Origin: a virus
Direction: 5' to 3' (one strand)
Virus record (IMG/VR): IMGVR_UViG_3300005253_000017
Coordinates: 1-64,000 of that record
DNA: 64,000 nucleotides
Below, in pieces: positions 61,055-64,000 of this stretch. The first letter of the stretch is position 1, and each line of letters begins with the position of its first letter. Under the pieces are notes generated by a model, which saw nothing but the letters and a program-made list of their open reading frames with translations, had not been told where the DNA came from and made no database searches. Position numbers and translations under genes: made by a program.

Positions 61055-62445
61055 ACCAGCACCTCCAGGACTCATTTCTGAGATTAGCACTCACTGACAC
61101 CGAGTTTCTGAAGCTCACCATAGGACGAATGAAGCCGAAGTTCTTCACCTCCTACCTAACAGAGAACATCGCCCAACTCTGTTACGACTATTACGCCCAG
61201 TTCCAAGAGGCACCGAACCAGCACTTCAAGGACCAGCTCTCTAGGTTTTTGGAAGACAAGCCCGACGACGAGATAGAAGAATACCGCAGATATCTCAAAA
61301 AGCTGGAGGAGCTTCACGAGCCAAACAAGGCTTTCATCCTTTCCCGCGTACACGAGTTCGTGCGCGTGCGAGAGCGCGAGATAGCGTTGGTCAGGGCATC
61401 CGAACTACTGGTTAGGGAGAACGACCTAGAGGGTGCCGACAACGTCCTATACGCGGCCCTACAGTCCGGCATACCGGAGGAGGACGCGGGGCTGGACTAC
61501 CTTCGGGACTATTCTAATATCACCAATAGGGAACGGGAGACATATTTGGTTCCTACGGGGATTCAAGCATTGGATAGACTGATAGGGGGATACAACAGGG
61601 GACAGCTTTTGGTCTGTTTAGGGGGATACAAGGCAGGCAAGACGTTCTTTCTCTCCCACCTTGCCAAGACTGGCCTTCACCATGGCCTGAACATACTCCA
61701 TATCTCAAACGAGGTCTCGCAGTGGGTACAGGAACTTCGGTACGATATGATGTTCACCGCTAGGGGAAGCAAGCGGATCGGTCAGGAGGTAGGCTATTGG
61801 AAATGGACCCCAGCTAAGGGACATCAATATCATACATCCAAGATTCGGTCCGTATACCAAACTGACGTGGCAATAAAGGCTCGCAAACGGATGCAGCGGT
61901 TCGGGGGCAGACTCAGGATCAAGAAATATCCCATGGGCCAATGTAGTCCGCCTGAAGTGGAACGTTTCCTCAATTACCTGGAGGCGTTTGAAGACTTTAC
62001 CCCCGATATTCTGCTCATTGACTACTTGGATATTATGGACCTGTCGGGGTTTGGCAAGGAACTTAGGCATCAGTTGAACGGGGTCTACATCTGGGCGAAG
62101 GGACTGGCAGACCGTAGAAATATCCTCGTGGCAACGGTGTCCCAGGTAACTAGGAGCGCTTTGAAGAAACGGTATGTATCGCAGAGGGACGTGGCGGAGG
62201 ACGCCAGGAAATGCGGGAATGCCGATATCATGTTGGCAATAGGTAGGGGAGACAATGAAGTGCGAAACAACCTGGCTGGTATTTCAGTAATAGCCAACCG
62301 CGAGGGACAACAGGACGTAAGCTGCACGATAAGTTTATGCTATGATTTGGGACAGTTCTGCATCTCGTCCTGGATAGGCGTGGACGTGGACAACGAGATA
62401 TTTGAGATAGGGAAAGAGGATGAAAAATCCCAAGGACCTAACTGA
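61042..62445 (+). CDS. Replicative DnaB-like helicase
   Basis: VPTGIQALD, GGYKAGKT, IDYLD, TVSQ. Confidence 0.88.
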   Translation: MAKLNQHLQDSFLRLALTDTEFLKLTIGRMKPKFFTSYLTENIAQLCYDYYAQFQEAPNQHFKDQLSRFLEDKPDDEIEEYRRYLKKLEELHEPNKAFILSRVHEFVRVREREIALVRASELLVRENDLEGADNVLYAALQSGIPEEDAGLDYLRDYSNITNRERETYLVPTGIQALDRLIGGYNRGQLLVCLGGYKAGKTFFLSHLAKTGLHHGLNILHISNEVSQWVQELRYDMMFTARGSKRIGQEVGYWKWTPAKGHQYHTSKIRSVYQTDVAIKARKRMQRFGGRLRIKKYPMGQCSPPEVERFLNYLEAFEDFTPDILLIDYLDIMDLSGFGKELRHQLNGVYIWAKGLADRRNILVATVSQVTRSALKKRYVSQRDVAEDARKCGNADIMLAIGRGDNEVRNNLAGISVIANREGQQDVSCTISLCYDLGQFCISSWIGVDVDNEIFEIGKEDEKSQGPN

Positions 62446-63829
62446 AAAAGAGGTAAAGTCAATCCTTTGGGGTGTCGATTTTAAGACGAAGCCTCTCCAT
62501 CACCAGGCAGTCTCCCTCATCTGGGCAGCGGACGCCGGGAAACGGATAGCCTACTGGCATGACATAGGAACGGGCAAGACCCTGACGAGCCTGTACACAC
62601 ATCAACTCTGGGGGACTAGAAGGCTCTTGGTAGTATGTCCCAACTCAGTGGTCGAGGGGTGGGAGCAGCAGATAGCTGAGCACACCGATCAGAGTTATCA
62701 TCTATTGAGGGGAAGCAAGACCGAGAGACGGGCGATGATTCAGAATAACGGCGATATCTGGATTGTCAATTATGAGGGACTAAGGGTGTTGTTCGGTGAT
62801 TACCACGGAGAGGGCAAAGAGAAACGATGGCTCCTGAATCGGCATCTAATCAAGGAGGCTGAATTCGACGGTATTGTATTCGATGAGATGCACCACCTGG
62901 CTCATTCTAAGACCATTCAATCCAAGGCAGCTGTTGCCCTGAGCAGCAGCGCGGTTCATGTCATAGGAATGACAGGCACGCCCATCTCAACAGGGGAGGC
63001 CGATCTATGGGCGGAATATTATGCCCTGGATGGGGGCGAGACGTTGGGGACGGGCATAATGGCATTCCTACGAAAGTACTTTGAACAGGACTACTGGGGG
63101 AAATGGAGGATCAAGAAGGATGAGCTAGAGAATATCCTAGAGAGAATATCACCGACCACGTTAAGGTATTCTAGGGACGAATGCTTCGATTTGCCCGAGC
63201 GTATGTACGAAGAGCGGTATTGCGACATGACAGCCGAGCAGAAAAAACTGACACAGGAGATCATCGGGGATAAGACAATCGACAGCAGAAACAAGGGCAA
63301 CAAGTTCTCGCAGGTCGCGGGCGGCTTTTTGATTAAGCGAACGGGCACAACAAGGCTGAAGAAGAATCCCAAGCTTGACGAACTGAAGGAGGTCATCCGG
63401 GGGATGGTAGGCAAGGGCATCGTATTCCACGCCTACATTGAGGAGGGAAGGATGATAGAGGAACGACTGACCAAGATGGGCATAGGTCACGCGGGCATCC
63501 GGGGTGAAGTCAAGGACCAGGCGGCGGAGCTGCGGCGATTCAAGAGCGACCCGAAGTGCCGCGTGTTGGTCGCCCATCCCCGGAGCGGGGGCGAGGGACT
63601 AAATCTCCAGCACGCTTCAACCGCTATCTTCTACGGCAACGGGACGTTCGGAGCGGGGGTGCGGAGCCAGGCGGAGGGGCGCATCTGGCGGCTGGGGCAG
63701 GAGCAGGAGTGCCTCTACATCGACCTGCTCTGCCGGGATTCAGTGGACGAGCTGCGGCTGGACAGGGTGGAATCCCAGGCCGAAATCGCGGAAAAGGTGA
63801 CCTCCTGGGTGGAAAAGCATGGGGGCTAA
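62420..63829 (+). CDS. SNF2-family helicase
   Basis: DIGTGKT, NYE, DEMH, MTGTP, GEGLNLQ, QAEGRIWRLGQ. Confidence 0.9.
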   Translation: MKNPKDLTEKEVKSILWGVDFKTKPLHHQAVSLIWAADAGKRIAYWHDIGTGKTLTSLYTHQLWGTRRLLVVCPNSVVEGWEQQIAEHTDQSYHLLRGSKTERRAMIQNNGDIWIVNYEGLRVLFGDYHGEGKEKRWLLNRHLIKEAEFDGIVFDEMHHLAHSKTIQSKAAVALSSSAVHVIGMTGTPISTGEADLWAEYYALDGGETLGTGIMAFLRKYFEQDYWGKWRIKKDELENILERISPTTLRYSRDECFDLPERMYEERYCDMTAEQKKLTQEIIGDKTIDSRNKGNKFSQVAGGFLIKRTGTTRLKKNPKLDELKEVIRGMVGKGIVFHAYIEEGRMIEERLTKMGIGHAGIRGEVKDQAAELRRFKSDPKCRVLVAHPRSGGEGLNLQHASTAIFYGNGTFGAGVRSQAEGRIWRLGQEQECLYIDLLCRDSVDELRLDRVESQAEIAEKVTSWVEKHGG

Positions 63830-63979
63830 GTCTTTGTTTTATAAGGGCTTACAAAGAAGGTGAAAAAAGACTTGGTTTTTTTCTATTTTGGGGTTTACTT
63901 TTGGCCGATGTAACGTATAATGATAGTAGAGTGAAAATCGAATAACCTTGAACTAGGAGACAAGGACATGAATCAAGAA
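63824..63979 (+). promoter_or_regulatory. Promoter/leader module, copy 2 (copy 1 at 24010-24162)
   Basis: GGCTAAGTC..., GGGGTTTACT...CGTATAATG, TAGAGTGAAAATCGAATAACCTTGAACTAGGAGACAAGGACATGAAT; next gene starts at 63968. Confidence 0.75.
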
Positions 63980-64000
63980 CGACAATACCAGGCTACTGAA

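Noticed and set aside
1-64000. Stop-codon reassignment, DGR/retron, or integrase-defined prophage
   Set aside because: Core genes are intact in the standard code and TAA, TAG and TGA all end genes. No reverse transcriptase, integrase or flanking host housekeeping region was seen.

Overview
A 64-kb fragment of a large tailed dsDNA bacteriophage (Caudoviricetes-like, standard genetic code). The host is tentatively Planctomycetota, inferred from a HARE-HTH protein and a prepilin-type gene. Two divergent arms meet near 25 kb. The left arm (minus strand, 1-24.9 kb) holds early small genes (DUF932, ABA-sandwich) and a dispersed head/packaging module (TerS-like, TerL, portal, intein-containing MuF/gp7-like protein, XkdF-like protease) interleaved with roughly 40 small ORFs. 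Among these are ClpP, DUF488, a stand-alone ADP-ribosyltransferase, a prepilin-motif protein and a sigma-region-2-like protein. The right arm (plus strand, 25.2-64 kb) starts with a largely non-coding stretch (25.9-27.3 kb) that folds by eye into back-to-back closed-stem, cloverleaf/T-arm-like RNA domains. None is a canonical tRNA, and this array is the most unusual feature seen. It is followed by replication/recombination genes (DNA MTase, beta clamp, UDG-PolA fusion, clamp loader, SSB, RecA, split SbcC/SbcD, primase, DnaB, SNF2), a putative lysis cassette and a 13-kb glycan-building cluster with a radical SAM-LicD fusion. A co-oriented GTATAAT motif recurs along both arms, and a ~150-bp promoter/leader module is duplicated in inverted orientation. 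All assignments come from reading motifs by eye; no searches or folding programs were run.
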